Source: an uncultured delta proteobacterium (GTDB lineage Bacteria; Myxococcota_A; Polyangia; Palsa-1104). From it: 64,000 bases of DNA. Position numbers and translations under genes: made by a program. The stretch is from NCBI GenBank assembly GCA_963785725.1, contig CAWAWS010000019.1:132323-196322 (forward strand). The letters run 5' to 3'. The notes below the pieces were generated by a model. It saw nothing but the letters and a program-made list of their open reading frames with translations. It was not told where the DNA came from and did not search any database. Of the stretch, positions 41,362-50,213 are shown in pieces (within the stretch, counting starts at the first letter, position 1; every line of letters begins with the position of its first letter).

Positions 41362-42462
41362 ATGCGAGCACAGGCCGAGCTGGCGGCAACCACCGAGCGA
41401 CTGGCCGAAGCGGCAGGCCGCGGGCCCGAGCCCGAGGTCACGCAGGCGCGATTGGGCGCCTTGAAGCTGCTCGTGGGCGACATCATCGCCGACGTCGAAG
41501 CAGCGTTGCCGTCGCTGGCGGGCGACGGTCCCGGCTTGGCCGGCCACGCGGCGCGCCATCTCGTCGGCGCCGGCGGCAAGCGCGTGCGGCCGCTCTTGGT
41601 CATCTTGGCGGCGCGCGCGGCGGCGGCGCAGGCGGGCGTTCACGTCGTCACCGACCATGAGGTCAACACGCATGAGACCGGCGAGACGCGCACGGCCTTG
41701 ACGCGGCTGGCGCAAGCGGCCGAGCTCGTGCACGCGGCGACGCTCTTGCACGACGACGTGCTCGACGACGGCCGCACGCGCCGCGGTCTGCCGGCGGCGC
41801 GCGTCTTGTGGGGCAACGCGGCGTCGGTGTTGGGCGGCGATTTCCTGCTGATTCGCGCGCTCGAATTGACGGCGGCCTCGAACATCGAAGGCACGCTCGG
41901 CGAGCTGCTCGGCGCCATCGGCAGCATGATCGACGGCGAAGCCTTGCAGCTGCAGCATCGCGGCAAGAGCGACCTCGATCCGGCCGGCTATTTGTCGGTC
42001 GTCGACGGCAAGACGGCGTCGCTGTTCGCGTGGTGCGGGCGCGCCGGCGCGCGCTTGGCCGGCGCCGGTCAGCTCGTCGAAGCCTTGGGCGCGTATGGCT
42101 TGCATCTCGGTCGCGCCTTCCAAATCGTCGACGACGTGCTCGATGTCGAGGGCGATCCCTGTGCGCTCGGCAAGTCGGTGCTGTCGGATCTGCGCGAGGG
42201 CAAGCTGACGCTGCCGGTGTTGTACGCGCTCGAGCACGAGCCGGAGCTGCGCGCGCGCTTGGCCCATTGTCTGGCCGCCGATCTCGATGAAGCGGCCGAG
42301 GTCGCCGAGTCCATCGCGCGCACCGGCGCCGCGCAGCGTGCGCGCGCGGCCGCGCAGCGCGAAACAGCAGCGGCGATCGAGTCGTTGGCGTCGCTGCCGC
42401 GATCGATCTGGTCCGACGCGCTCCGCCACATCGCGCACGAGCTGTGCGCGCGGGTGTCGTGA
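41362..42462 (+). CDS. Polyprenyl diphosphate synthase (IspB/HepT-like)
   Basis: GGKRVRP, LHDDVLD...RRG, KT and FQIVDDVLD motifs. Confidence 0.93.
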   Translation: MRAQAELAATTERLAEAAGRGPEPEVTQARLGALKLLVGDIIADVEAALPSLAGDGPGLAGHAARHLVGAGGKRVRPLLVILAARAAAAQAGVHVVTDHEVNTHETGETRTALTRLAQAAELVHAATLLHDDVLDDGRTRRGLPAARVLWGNAASVLGGDFLLIRALELTAASNIEGTLGELLGAIGSMIDGEALQLQHRGKSDLDPAGYLSVVDGKTASLFAWCGRAGARLAGAGQLVEALGAYGLHLGRAFQIVDDVLDVEGDPCALGKSVLSDLREGKLTLPVLYALEHEPELRARLAHCLAADLDEAAEVAESIARTGAAQRARAAAQRETAAAIESLASLPRSIWSDALRHIAHELCARVS

Positions 42463-43970
42463 TGTTCGCCAAGGCGGCGGCCCTGTTCGGCGGCGGCTAT
42501 TCGTCGCTGCGCGCGTTCGTCGAGAAATTGGAGGCGGAAGGCGAGCTCGTGCGCATCAAGCGCTTGTGCGACCCGAATTTGGAGGTCGCCGAGATCGCGG
42601 CGCGCACGATGAAGCTGCCCGGCGGCGGACCGGCGTTGCTGTTCGAGAACATTCGCGGCTCGAGCTTTCCGCTGCTCATCAACGCTTACGGCTCGAAGCA
42701 TCGCATGGCGCTGGCGCTCGGCGTCAACGCGCTCGAGGAGCATTCCCAGGCGCTGGCCGAGCTGCTCGGGGCGCACGAGATGGGCGCGAGCGTGTGGGAC
42801 AAGCTGAAGATGCTGCCCAAGCTGGCGCGCGTCGCGGGCGCGTTGCCGACGAGCCACGACGGTCCGGCGCCGTGTCAGGAAGTGGTCGAGCATGACGTCG
42901 ATCTGACGAAGCTGCCGATCTTGACGTCGTGGCCCGATGACGGTGGGCCGTTCATCACGCTGCCGATCGTGCTGACGCACGATCCGGAGACGGGGACGCG
43001 CAACTGCGGCATGTATCGCATGCAGCTCCTCGACAAGCGCACGACCGGCATGCACTGGCAGGCGCACAAGACCGGCATGCGCCACTATCAGAAGTACAAA
43101 GCGCGCGGCGAGCGCGTGCCGGTCGCGGTCGTGCTCGGCGGCGATCCGGCGATGACGTATGCGGCGACGGCGCCCTTGCCCGACGGCATCGACGAATTCT
43201 TGCTCGCCGGCTTCTTGCGCCGCCGGCCGGTCGAGACGGTGAAGTGCAAGACGCAGCCGATCGAAGTGCCGGCCGATGCCGACTTCATCCTCGAAGGCTA
43301 CGTCGATCCGGCCGAGGCGACGATCACCGAAGGGCCGTTCGGCGATCACACGGGGTTTTACACGCCGCGCGATCAATACCCGGCGTTTCACGTCACCTGC
43401 GTCACGCGGCGTAAGGATCCGATCTACCCGGCGACGGTCGTGGGCAAGCCGCCGATGGAAGACGCGTGGCTCGGCAAGGCGACGGAGCGGCTGTTCTTGC
43501 CGCTCTTGAAGATGATGTTGCCCGAGCTCGTCGACTACAACCTGCCGGTCGAAGGCGTGTTTCACAACATGGCCATCGTCGCCATCGACAAGCAGTACCC
43601 GTATCACGGGCGCAAGATCATGCACGCCTTGTGGGGCATGGGTCAGCTCATGTTCACCAAGTGCGTCATCGTCGTCGATAAAGACGTCGATATTCACGAT
43701 CTGGCGAACGTCGGCTGGCGCGTCCTCAACAACATCGATCCCAAGCGCGACGTCATGATCTCGGACGGGCCCTACGACGTCCTCGATCACGCGTCGTGCA
43801 CCGTCGGTTTCGGCGGGAAGATGGGCATCGACGCGACGGCGAAGTGGAAAGAGGAAGGCTACGACCGCGGGCCGTGGCCGGAGGTGGCGACGATGAGCCC
43901 CGACGTGGAACAGCGCGTCGACCGCTTCTGGAGCGAGCTCGGCATCACGGAAGCGAAGTGGCAGCGATGA
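42462..43970 (+). CDS. mqnL: UbiD-family menaquinone biosynthesis decarboxylase (MqnL)
   Basis: RNCGMYRMQ, EGPFGDHTGFY and VGKPPMED motifs; mqn context. Confidence 0.9.
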   Translation: MFAKAAALFGGGYSSLRAFVEKLEAEGELVRIKRLCDPNLEVAEIAARTMKLPGGGPALLFENIRGSSFPLLINAYGSKHRMALALGVNALEEHSQALAELLGAHEMGASVWDKLKMLPKLARVAGALPTSHDGPAPCQEVVEHDVDLTKLPILTSWPDDGGPFITLPIVLTHDPETGTRNCGMYRMQLLDKRTTGMHWQAHKTGMRHYQKYKARGERVPVAVVLGGDPAMTYAATAPLPDGIDEFLLAGFLRRRPVETVKCKTQPIEVPADADFILEGYVDPAEATITEGPFGDHTGFYTPRDQYPAFHVTCVTRRKDPIYPATVVGKPPMEDAWLGKATERLFLPLLKMMLPELVDYNLPVEGVFHNMAIVAIDKQYPYHGRKIMHALWGMGQLMFTKCVIVVDKDVDIHDLANVGWRVLNNIDPKRDVMISDGPYDVLDHASCTVGFGGKMGIDATAKWKEEGYDRGPWPEVATMSPDVEQRVDRFWSELGITEAKWQR

Positions 43971-44629
43971 GCGCGAACGTCATGAAGATGTTCGACGGCA
44001 TCGCGCCGACGTACGACACGCTGAACCGCGTGCTGTCGCTGGGGATCGATCGCTCGTGGCGGCGGCGCGCCATCGCCGCGCTCGGCGACGTGCGCGGCCG
44101 GCCGGTGCTCGACGTCTGCGCGGGCACGCTCGATCTGGCGTCGCTCGCGGTCGAAGCCGGCGCGCGCGTCATCGCCACCGATTTCTCGCACCAGATGCTC
44201 GTGAACGGCCGCGACAAAGTGCACGTGCCGGTCGTCCGCGCCGACGCGCTGGCGCTGCCCTTCGGCGACGGCGGTTTCGCCGGCGTCATCTGCGGCTTCG
44301 GCCTGCGCAACCTCGACGACACGCGCGCCGGCTTGCGCGAAATGCGCCGTCTGCTCGTGCCCGGCGGCAAGCTCGTCGTGCTCGACTTCTTCCGCCCGCG
44401 CCGCACCGTCACGCGCGCGGTGCAGGCGCTCTACAACCAGCAGATCTTGCCGCTCGTCGGCGGCGCCATCTCCGGCGATCGCGCGGCCTACCGCTACCTC
44501 GCCGATTCGATCGAGCGCTTTGCCGGCCGCGGCGAGGTCGAGCAGATGTGCCGTGAGGTCGGCTTTGCCAGCGCCTCGAGCGAAGACTTGACCTTGGGCA
44601 TCGCCAGCATGGTGGTCGCGTCATGCTGA
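43967..44629 (+). CDS. menG: Demethylmenaquinone methyltransferase (UbiE/MenG)
   Basis: FDGIAPTYD.LN..LSLG.D..WR, LDVCAGT and FGLRN motifs. Confidence 0.9.
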   Translation: MSANVMKMFDGIAPTYDTLNRVLSLGIDRSWRRRAIAALGDVRGRPVLDVCAGTLDLASLAVEAGARVIATDFSHQMLVNGRDKVHVPVVRADALALPFGDGGFAGVICGFGLRNLDDTRAGLREMRRLLVPGGKLVVLDFFRPRRTVTRAVQALYNQQILPLVGGAISGDRAAYRYLADSIERFAGRGEVEQMCREVGFASASSEDLTLGIASMVVASC

Positions 44630-45192
44630 AGCTCGTCGTCGCCGTCGGTGGTGCGTCGGGCGCGCCCTATGCGCGGCGGCTGCTCGACACGCTGGCGACG
44701 CAGCCGGCCGACAAAGTGCAGACGCACGTCGTGTTCTCGAAGTCGGCGCAGATGGTGTGGGCGCAAGAAGTGGGCACGCCGACCAGCGAGCTGCCGTTCA
44801 AGAAGTGGGACTCGCGCGACTTCAACGCGCCCTTCGCCAGCGGCTCGGCCGGGTTCGGCGCGATGGTCGTCATTCCCTGCTCGATGGCCGGGCTCGGCCG
44901 CATCGCGCATGGCGTGTCCGAGGATCTCATCGGTCGCGCGGCCGACGTCATGCTGAAGGAGCGGCGCAAGCTGATCCTGGTCGCGCGCGACACGCCGTTG
45001 TCGCTGATTCACCTCGAGAACATGGCCGCGGTGACGCGCGCCGGCGCGCTGGTGCTGCCGGCGATGCCTTCGTTTTACGGTCGCCCGCAGACGGTCGAGG
45101 ACGTGCTCGATACCGTCGTCGGGCGCGTGCTGGACCAGCTCGGCCTGCCGATTCGGCTCGGTCCGCGTTGGGGAGAGGAGCAAACGCCATGA
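44623..45192 (+). CDS. ubiX: UbiX-family flavin prenyltransferase (MqnM)
   Basis: GASGA.Y, ASGS, PCSM, RAADV.LKERRKL and PAMPSFY motifs. Confidence 0.93.
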   Translation: MLKLVVAVGGASGAPYARRLLDTLATQPADKVQTHVVFSKSAQMVWAQEVGTPTSELPFKKWDSRDFNAPFASGSAGFGAMVVIPCSMAGLGRIAHGVSEDLIGRAADVMLKERRKLILVARDTPLSLIHLENMAAVTRAGALVLPAMPSFYGRPQTVEDVLDTVVGRVLDQLGLPIRLGPRWGEEQTP

Positions 45193-45851
45193 GCGAATTC
45201 GCGACCGATTCCGCTTCGTCATCGCTGTCGGAGATTGCGCGCGCCGTGTTGACGCCGCTGTCGGCGCCGGCGAGCTTCATCCATTCGCAGCTGCTCAAGC
45301 CCGACGTGTCGGACGCGCCCGAAGACGACGACGTCGACGAGTGGATCGTCCTCGACGCGGCCGTGGCGCGGCAGATCGTGGCCGGCGGTGGCAAGGCGCT
45401 CTTGCGCTGGCCGGCGCATGACCTCGCCAACGCGCCGCGCGAGACCGGCCTGCTCCTCGAAGTCGCCGTCGACGGCACGAACGCCGCGAAGCTCGACGAA
45501 GCCGTGCGTGCGCTCGTCGCCGCCGTGGCCGCGAACGTGCCGATTCGCGCGGCCCTCGCGTTCGGCGAGACCGGCATCGATTGTTATCGCGCCGCCGCCG
45601 CCATTCGTCGCGGAATCGGCACGGCCCTCGCGGTTCGCGCGCGCTGGGATGGTCCGCTCGATGTCAAAGGCGCGGCGCTCGCGCTCACCTTCGGCGCCGA
45701 CGAGATGGCCGGACCGCTCGCGCCGCCCAAAGCGCGCTACAAGCTGGCGCAGCTGGGCGGCCCGGCCGAAGACGGCGGCAATCCCAGCCCGGCGTTCGTC
45801 GAATCGCTCATCCAAGCCGCGGGACGCTTTCCCGCGCGGAGACGTCCATGA
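45189..45851 (+). CDS. Degenerate MqnE/CofH-like protein (C-terminal barrel only, no radical-SAM motif)
   Basis: GID.YRAAAA.R...VKGAALALTFGADEMAG...LIQAAGRFPARR aligns by eye with the adjacent MqnE C-terminus. Confidence 0.65.
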   Translation: MSEFATDSASSSLSEIARAVLTPLSAPASFIHSQLLKPDVSDAPEDDDVDEWIVLDAAVARQIVAGGGKALLRWPAHDLANAPRETGLLLEVAVDGTNAAKLDEAVRALVAAVAANVPIRAALAFGETGIDCYRAAAAIRRGIGTALAVRARWDGPLDVKGAALALTFGADEMAGPLAPPKARYKLAQLGGPAEDGGNPSPAFVESLIQAAGRFPARRRP

Positions 45852-46981
45852 CTTTTCTCGACGAGATCGGCGCCAAAGTCGACGCCGGCACGCGGCTGAC
45901 CTTCGACGAAGGCGTGCGCTTGATGAAGGAGCACGACGTCGGCGCGCTCGGCCAGCTGGCCAATCGCGTGCGCCAAAAGCGCCACGGCGATCGCACCTAC
46001 TTCAACGTCAACATGCACTTGAACGCGACCAACGTCTGCGTCGCCGACTGCCACTTCTGCTCGTTCGCGCGACTGCAGGAAGGCATGCCCGGCGCGTACA
46101 CGATGTCCGTCGAGGAAGCGGTCGGCAAAGTGCGCTCGCGACCGGCCGACATGACGGAGATTCACATCGTCAACGGGCTGCACCCAGGTTTGCCGTTCTC
46201 GTATTACGAGGAGCTGCTGCGCGCGATCAAGAAAGAGCGCCCGCAGCTGCACATCAAGGGCTTCACCGCCGTCGAGATCCATTATTACGCGCAGCACTAC
46301 GGCATGACGATTCGCGACGTGCTCGAGAAGCTGAGAGCGGCGGGGCTCGACTCGCTGCCCGGCGGCGGCGCGGAAGTGTTCGCCGATCGCGTGCGTCGCA
46401 AGATCTGCAGCGACAAGGTCGATGCCGACGGCTGGCTGGCCATCCACCGCGAGTGGCATCGGATGGGCGGCCGCTCGAACTGCACGCTGCTCTACGGCCA
46501 CATCGAGACCGTCGAGGAGCGCGTCGATCATATGGTTCGGCTGCGCGCGTTGCAGGACGAGACGGGCGGGTTTCAGACGTTCATCCCGCTCGCGTTCCAC
46601 AACGAGAACAACGCGCTCGAGAAGCTGCCCGGACCGACGGGCGTCGACGATCTGCGGCTGTTCGCGGTGGCGCGGCTCATGCTCGACAACATCAGCCACA
46701 TCAAGGCCTATTGGGCGATGCTCGGCGTCAAGGCGGCGCAGATCGCGCTCTGGTATGGCGCCGACGACGTCGATGGCACCGTCGAGGAAGAGAAGATCTA
46801 CAAGATGGCGGGCTCGAAGACGCCGGACGCGCTGACGCGGTCGGAGCTGGTGCGCCTCATTCGCTCGGCCGGTCGCATTCCCGTCGAGCGCGACACGCTT
46901 TACAACGTCGTCGCCGAAGGCGCGGCGCTCGATGCCGTGTTGTCGGTCAAGCAGCGCCGCTCGTTGGAGGTGGTCGCGTGA
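45848..46981 (+). CDS. mqnE: Aminofutalosine synthase (radical SAM)
   Basis: TNVCVADCHFC, EIHIVNGLHP, KGFTAVEI, PGGGAE, IPLAFH and HIKAYW motifs. Confidence 0.93.
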   Translation: MTFLDEIGAKVDAGTRLTFDEGVRLMKEHDVGALGQLANRVRQKRHGDRTYFNVNMHLNATNVCVADCHFCSFARLQEGMPGAYTMSVEEAVGKVRSRPADMTEIHIVNGLHPGLPFSYYEELLRAIKKERPQLHIKGFTAVEIHYYAQHYGMTIRDVLEKLRAAGLDSLPGGGAEVFADRVRRKICSDKVDADGWLAIHREWHRMGGRSNCTLLYGHIETVEERVDHMVRLRALQDETGGFQTFIPLAFHNENNALEKLPGPTGVDDLRLFAVARLMLDNISHIKAYWAMLGVKAAQIALWYGADDVDGTVEEEKIYKMAGSKTPDALTRSELVRLIRSAGRIPVERDTLYNVVAEGAALDAVLSVKQRRSLEVVA

Positions 46982-48891
46982 AGAAAGCGTCGAACAAGCT
47001 GCGTATCGCCACGGCGCCGTTCTTGAATTCGCGGCCGCACAATTGGCTGCTGACGAACGAGACGCCCGAGCACGTCGAGGTGCAGATCTGCTCGCCGGCG
47101 GAGGGCGCGCGTCGCTTGGCCGAGCGCGAGTGCGACCTGGCGCTGTTGCCGCTCGCGGCTTACGCGCGGCAGGGCGATCTCGTGGCCGTGCCCGGCATCT
47201 GCATCGGCTCGCGCAACAAGGTCGGCTCGGTGCTGCTCGTGTCCGACGTTCCCGCGCACGAGCTGACGACGATCGCGCTCGATCAGTCGTCGCGCACGTC
47301 GGTGCTCTTGGCGCGACTGCTGGTTCGCGAGGAGCGTCGCAAGGCGTCGTCGCTGCTCGCCCTGGATCCGAAATTCGAAGCGCGTCCGCCGGCGGAATTG
47401 CCCGAGTGCGTCGCCGGCACGCGCGGCGCCGTCATCATCGGCGATCCGGCGCTGCAAGCCGTCGCCGCGCGGCAATTCGCGTTCGTTTACGACTTGGCCG
47501 AGCTGTGGCGCGCGCTCACCGGCAAGCCGTTCGTGTTCGCCGTGTGGGCCGGTCGCGCCGAAGTCGTCGACGGCGACGTCGTCGCGCTCCTGCAGCGATC
47601 GATCGCGCACGGCATGCAAAACCTCGACGCGATCGTCGCCGACGCCGGCCGCCACGGCGTCACGCCCGAACGCGCGCGCCATTATCTGACCCACGAGCTC
47701 ACCTTCACGCTCGACGACGAGATGGTCGCCGGCGCCAACGAATTCTTGGCGCGCGCCCACGCCGCCAACTTGACGCCGCGCGCCAGCTTGCGCCGCTTCG
47801 GCGACGCGCCGCAGACGATCGACGTGCACTCTATCGTCAGCCGCGGCGGCGACGGCATCCGCCTCTCGGCCGCCGAGCTCACCGCGCTGCACGAGCGCGC
47901 CGACCTCATCGACTTGGGCGCCGCCGCCGACAAGCGCCGCCACGCGCTCAACCCCGACAAGGTCGTCAGCTACATCGTCGAGCGCAACATCAACTACACG
48001 AACATTTGCGTCACCGCCTGCCGCTTCTGCGCCTTCTTCCGCAATCCCGGCGACGACGTCGAAGGCTACGTCCTGTCGCGCGAGGAGATGGGCCAGAAGA
48101 TCGACGAGACGGTCGCGGCCGGCGGCGTGCAGATCTTGTTGCAAGGCGGGCTCAATCCGGCGCTGCGCATCGAGTGGTACGAAGATCTGTTCCGCCACTT
48201 GAAGGCCAATTACCCGATCAAGCTGCATGCGCTGTCGCCCGAGGAGATCCTCTACATCTGCCGCATGGAGAACCTGACGCTGGAGACGGTGTTGCGCCGG
48301 CTCGTGGCCGCGGGGCTCGACAGCTTGCCCGGCGGCGGCGCGGAGATCCTCGTCGATCGCGTGCGCGACAAGATCGCCAAGCTCAAGTGCTCGTCGGCGG
48401 AGTGGCTCGAGGTCATGCGCGTCGGTCATCGCCTCGGCTTGCGCTCGTCGTCGACGATGATGTTCGCGTGCGGCGAGACCTTGCCCGAGCGCGCCGAGCA
48501 CATCCTGAAGATTCGCGACTTGCAGGACGAGACCGGCGGCTTCACGGCGTTCATCTGCTGGCCGTTTCAGCCGGGAAATACGCGTCTGCCCGGCGGTGAC
48601 GGCTCGGCGCATGCTTATCTGCGCACGCTGGCGATTTCGCGGCTCGGGCTCGACAACGTGCAGCACCTGCAGGCGTCGTGGCCGACGATGGGCGCGGCGG
48701 TCGGTCAAGCGGCGCTGCACTTCGGCGCCGACGACTTCGGGCAGGTCATGTTCGAGGAGAACGTCGTGTCCGCGGCCGGCACCGTCTACAAGATGGACTC
48801 GGCGGCGATCGAGCGGCATGTGCGGCAAGCGGGGTTCACGCCCGTGCGCCGCGACATGCGCTACGGCCGCCTGACAGGCACGGCCACGTGA
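46978..48891 (+). CDS. mqnA-mqnC: Chorismate dehydratase (MqnA)-cyclic dehypoxanthinyl futalosine synthase (MqnC) fusion
   Basis: MqnA motifs FLNSRP, V.SV, SRTSV.L, IGDPAL and PFVFAVW; MqnC motifs RNINYTNICVTAC.FC, QILLQGG, AFICW.FQ and EENVV; one open frame. Confidence 0.9.
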   Translation: MKKASNKLRIATAPFLNSRPHNWLLTNETPEHVEVQICSPAEGARRLAERECDLALLPLAAYARQGDLVAVPGICIGSRNKVGSVLLVSDVPAHELTTIALDQSSRTSVLLARLLVREERRKASSLLALDPKFEARPPAELPECVAGTRGAVIIGDPALQAVAARQFAFVYDLAELWRALTGKPFVFAVWAGRAEVVDGDVVALLQRSIAHGMQNLDAIVADAGRHGVTPERARHYLTHELTFTLDDEMVAGANEFLARAHAANLTPRASLRRFGDAPQTIDVHSIVSRGGDGIRLSAAELTALHERADLIDLGAAADKRRHALNPDKVVSYIVERNINYTNICVTACRFCAFFRNPGDDVEGYVLSREEMGQKIDETVAAGGVQILLQGGLNPALRIEWYEDLFRHLKANYPIKLHALSPEEILYICRMENLTLETVLRRLVAAGLDSLPGGGAEILVDRVRDKIAKLKCSSAEWLEVMRVGHRLGLRSSSTMMFACGETLPERAEHILKIRDLQDETGGFTAFICWPFQPGNTRLPGGDGSAHAYLRTLAISRLGLDNVQHLQASWPTMGAAVGQAALHFGADDFGQVMFEENVVSAAGTVYKMDSAAIERHVRQAGFTPVRRDMRYGRLTGTAT

Positions 48892-49098
48892 TCGACGAGC
48901 CGAACGCAGTGAGGCGAGCCGCGGCTCCGAGGCCGTGCCGAGGAGACTGCTCGCCATGATCGACGAGCCGAACGCAGTGAGGCGAGCCGCGGCTGCGAGG
49001 CTGTGCCGAGGAGACTGCTCGCCATGATCGACGAGCCGAAAATAGTGAGGCGAGCCGAGGCTGCGAGGCTGTGCCGAGGAGACTGCTCGCGATGATCG
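48888..49098 (+). repeat. Three tandem 68-bp units (plus 6 bp), each a coupled 23-codon mini-ORF
   Basis: Unit TGATCGACGAGCCGAACGCAGTGAGGCGAGCCGCGGCTGCGAGGCTGTGCCGAGGAGACTGCTCGCCA starts at 48889, 48957 and 49025; partial copy at 49093. Confidence 0.95.
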
Positions 49099-50213
49099 TC
49101 CATGCGGCGCCGTGGGTGGTCCCGATTGCGGGGCCGCCGCTGCCCGACGCGGCGGTGGCGATGGACGGCGATCGTGTCGCCGCCGTCGGCCCGCTGGCGT
49201 CGCTGGCGGCGCTCGGCGCTGTGGTCGAGCACGGCGGCGTGCTCATGCCTGGCCTCGTGAACGCGCATCTGCATCTCGAGCTGTCGCATCTGAAGATCGC
49301 GGGCGGCGACGGTCTCGTGCCCTGGATTCGCCGGCTCATGGCCACGCGCGCGCAGTCGACGGCAGAAGGCGCGACCGGCGACGAAGCCGCGACCTTGGCG
49401 GCGCAGGCGATGGCGGCGCGCGGCACCGTCGCCGCCGTCGACATCTCGAACGACGGCCGCTCGGCGCCGCAACTGGCCGCCGCCGGCGTCGCGCCGCGCA
49501 TGTTGCGCGAGCGCATCGGCCCGCGCGGCGCCGATCCGACGTGGAACCTCGCGGAAGACACGGCGCACGCCACCTACTCGTGCAACGCCGAAGCCCTACG
49601 CGCGCTGAGCGGAACGCGTGGCGTGGCGTCGATTCACGTCGAAGAAGATCCGGCCGAAGCCGCGTTTCTCGTCGACGGTGAAGGCCCGTTCGCGGAGTTC
49701 CTGCGCGAGCGCGGCGCGCCCAAGTCGGCGCCGCCGGGGCTGCGGCCGATCCCGTGGCTCGATTCACTGGGCGCGCTCGGTGAAGGCACGCTGCTCGTGC
49801 ACTTGACCGTCGCCGATGCCGCTTCGCTGCAGCTGGCCGCCAAGCGCAACTGCATTGCCGTCTTGTGCCCGCGCTCGAACCAGCACATCGGCGCGCGTCT
49901 GCCCGACGTCGCCGCCATTCGCGCGTCCGGTCTGCGCGTCGCGCTCGGCACCGACTCGCTCGCATCCTGCGCCACGCTCGACGTCCTCGGCGACGTGCAA
50001 GCGTTGGCGCGCGCCGGCGTCGAGCCGGCGTGGCTCTTGCGCGCGGCGACCCAAGGCGGCGCGGCGGCGTTCGGCGACGCAGCCTTGGGCACGCTCGCCG
50101 TCGGTCAACGCCCGGGCCTCGTCGCCGTCGGTGACGACGCGCGCGGCCTACGCGACCCCGAAGCATGGATCGCCCACGAAGGCGCCGACGCCCCGGCGCG
50201 GAGAGTCGCATGA
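49092..50213 (+). CDS. Amidohydrolase, probable aminofutalosine deaminase
   Basis: PGLVNAHLHLE, H.TYS, IHVEE, LVH, CPRSN and LGTDS motifs; mqn context. Confidence 0.8.
   Translation: MIVHAAPWVVPIAGPPLPDAAVAMDGDRVAAVGPLASLAALGAVVEHGGVLMPGLVNAHLHLELSHLKIAGGDGLVPWIRRLMATRAQSTAEGATGDEAATLAAQAMAARGTVAAVDISNDGRSAPQLAAAGVAPRMLRERIGPRGADPTWNLAEDTAHATYSCNAEALRALSGTRGVASIHVEEDPAEAAFLVDGEGPFAEFLRERGAPKSAPPGLRPIPWLDSLGALGEGTLLVHLTVADAASLQLAAKRNCIAVLCPRSNQHIGARLPDVAAIRASGLRVALGTDSLASCATLDVLGDVQALARAGVEPAWLLRAATQGGAAAFGDAALGTLAVGQRPGLVAVGDDARGLRDPEAWIAHEGADAPARRVA

Noticed and set aside
45388..48891. 1167-aa ORF as a triple fusion
   Set aside because: The first ~530 codons are an off-frame read of the degenerate paralogue and mqnE; the real start is GTG 46978.
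48888..49098. 68-bp repeat as a CRISPR array, or as RiPP precursors (CRGDC motif) for the nearby radical SAM enzymes
   Set aside because: There are no unique spacers and no cas genes. The neighbouring radical SAM enzymes carry clear MqnE/MqnC signatures with no SPASM or RRE domains. The RGD string arises from the RBS sequence.
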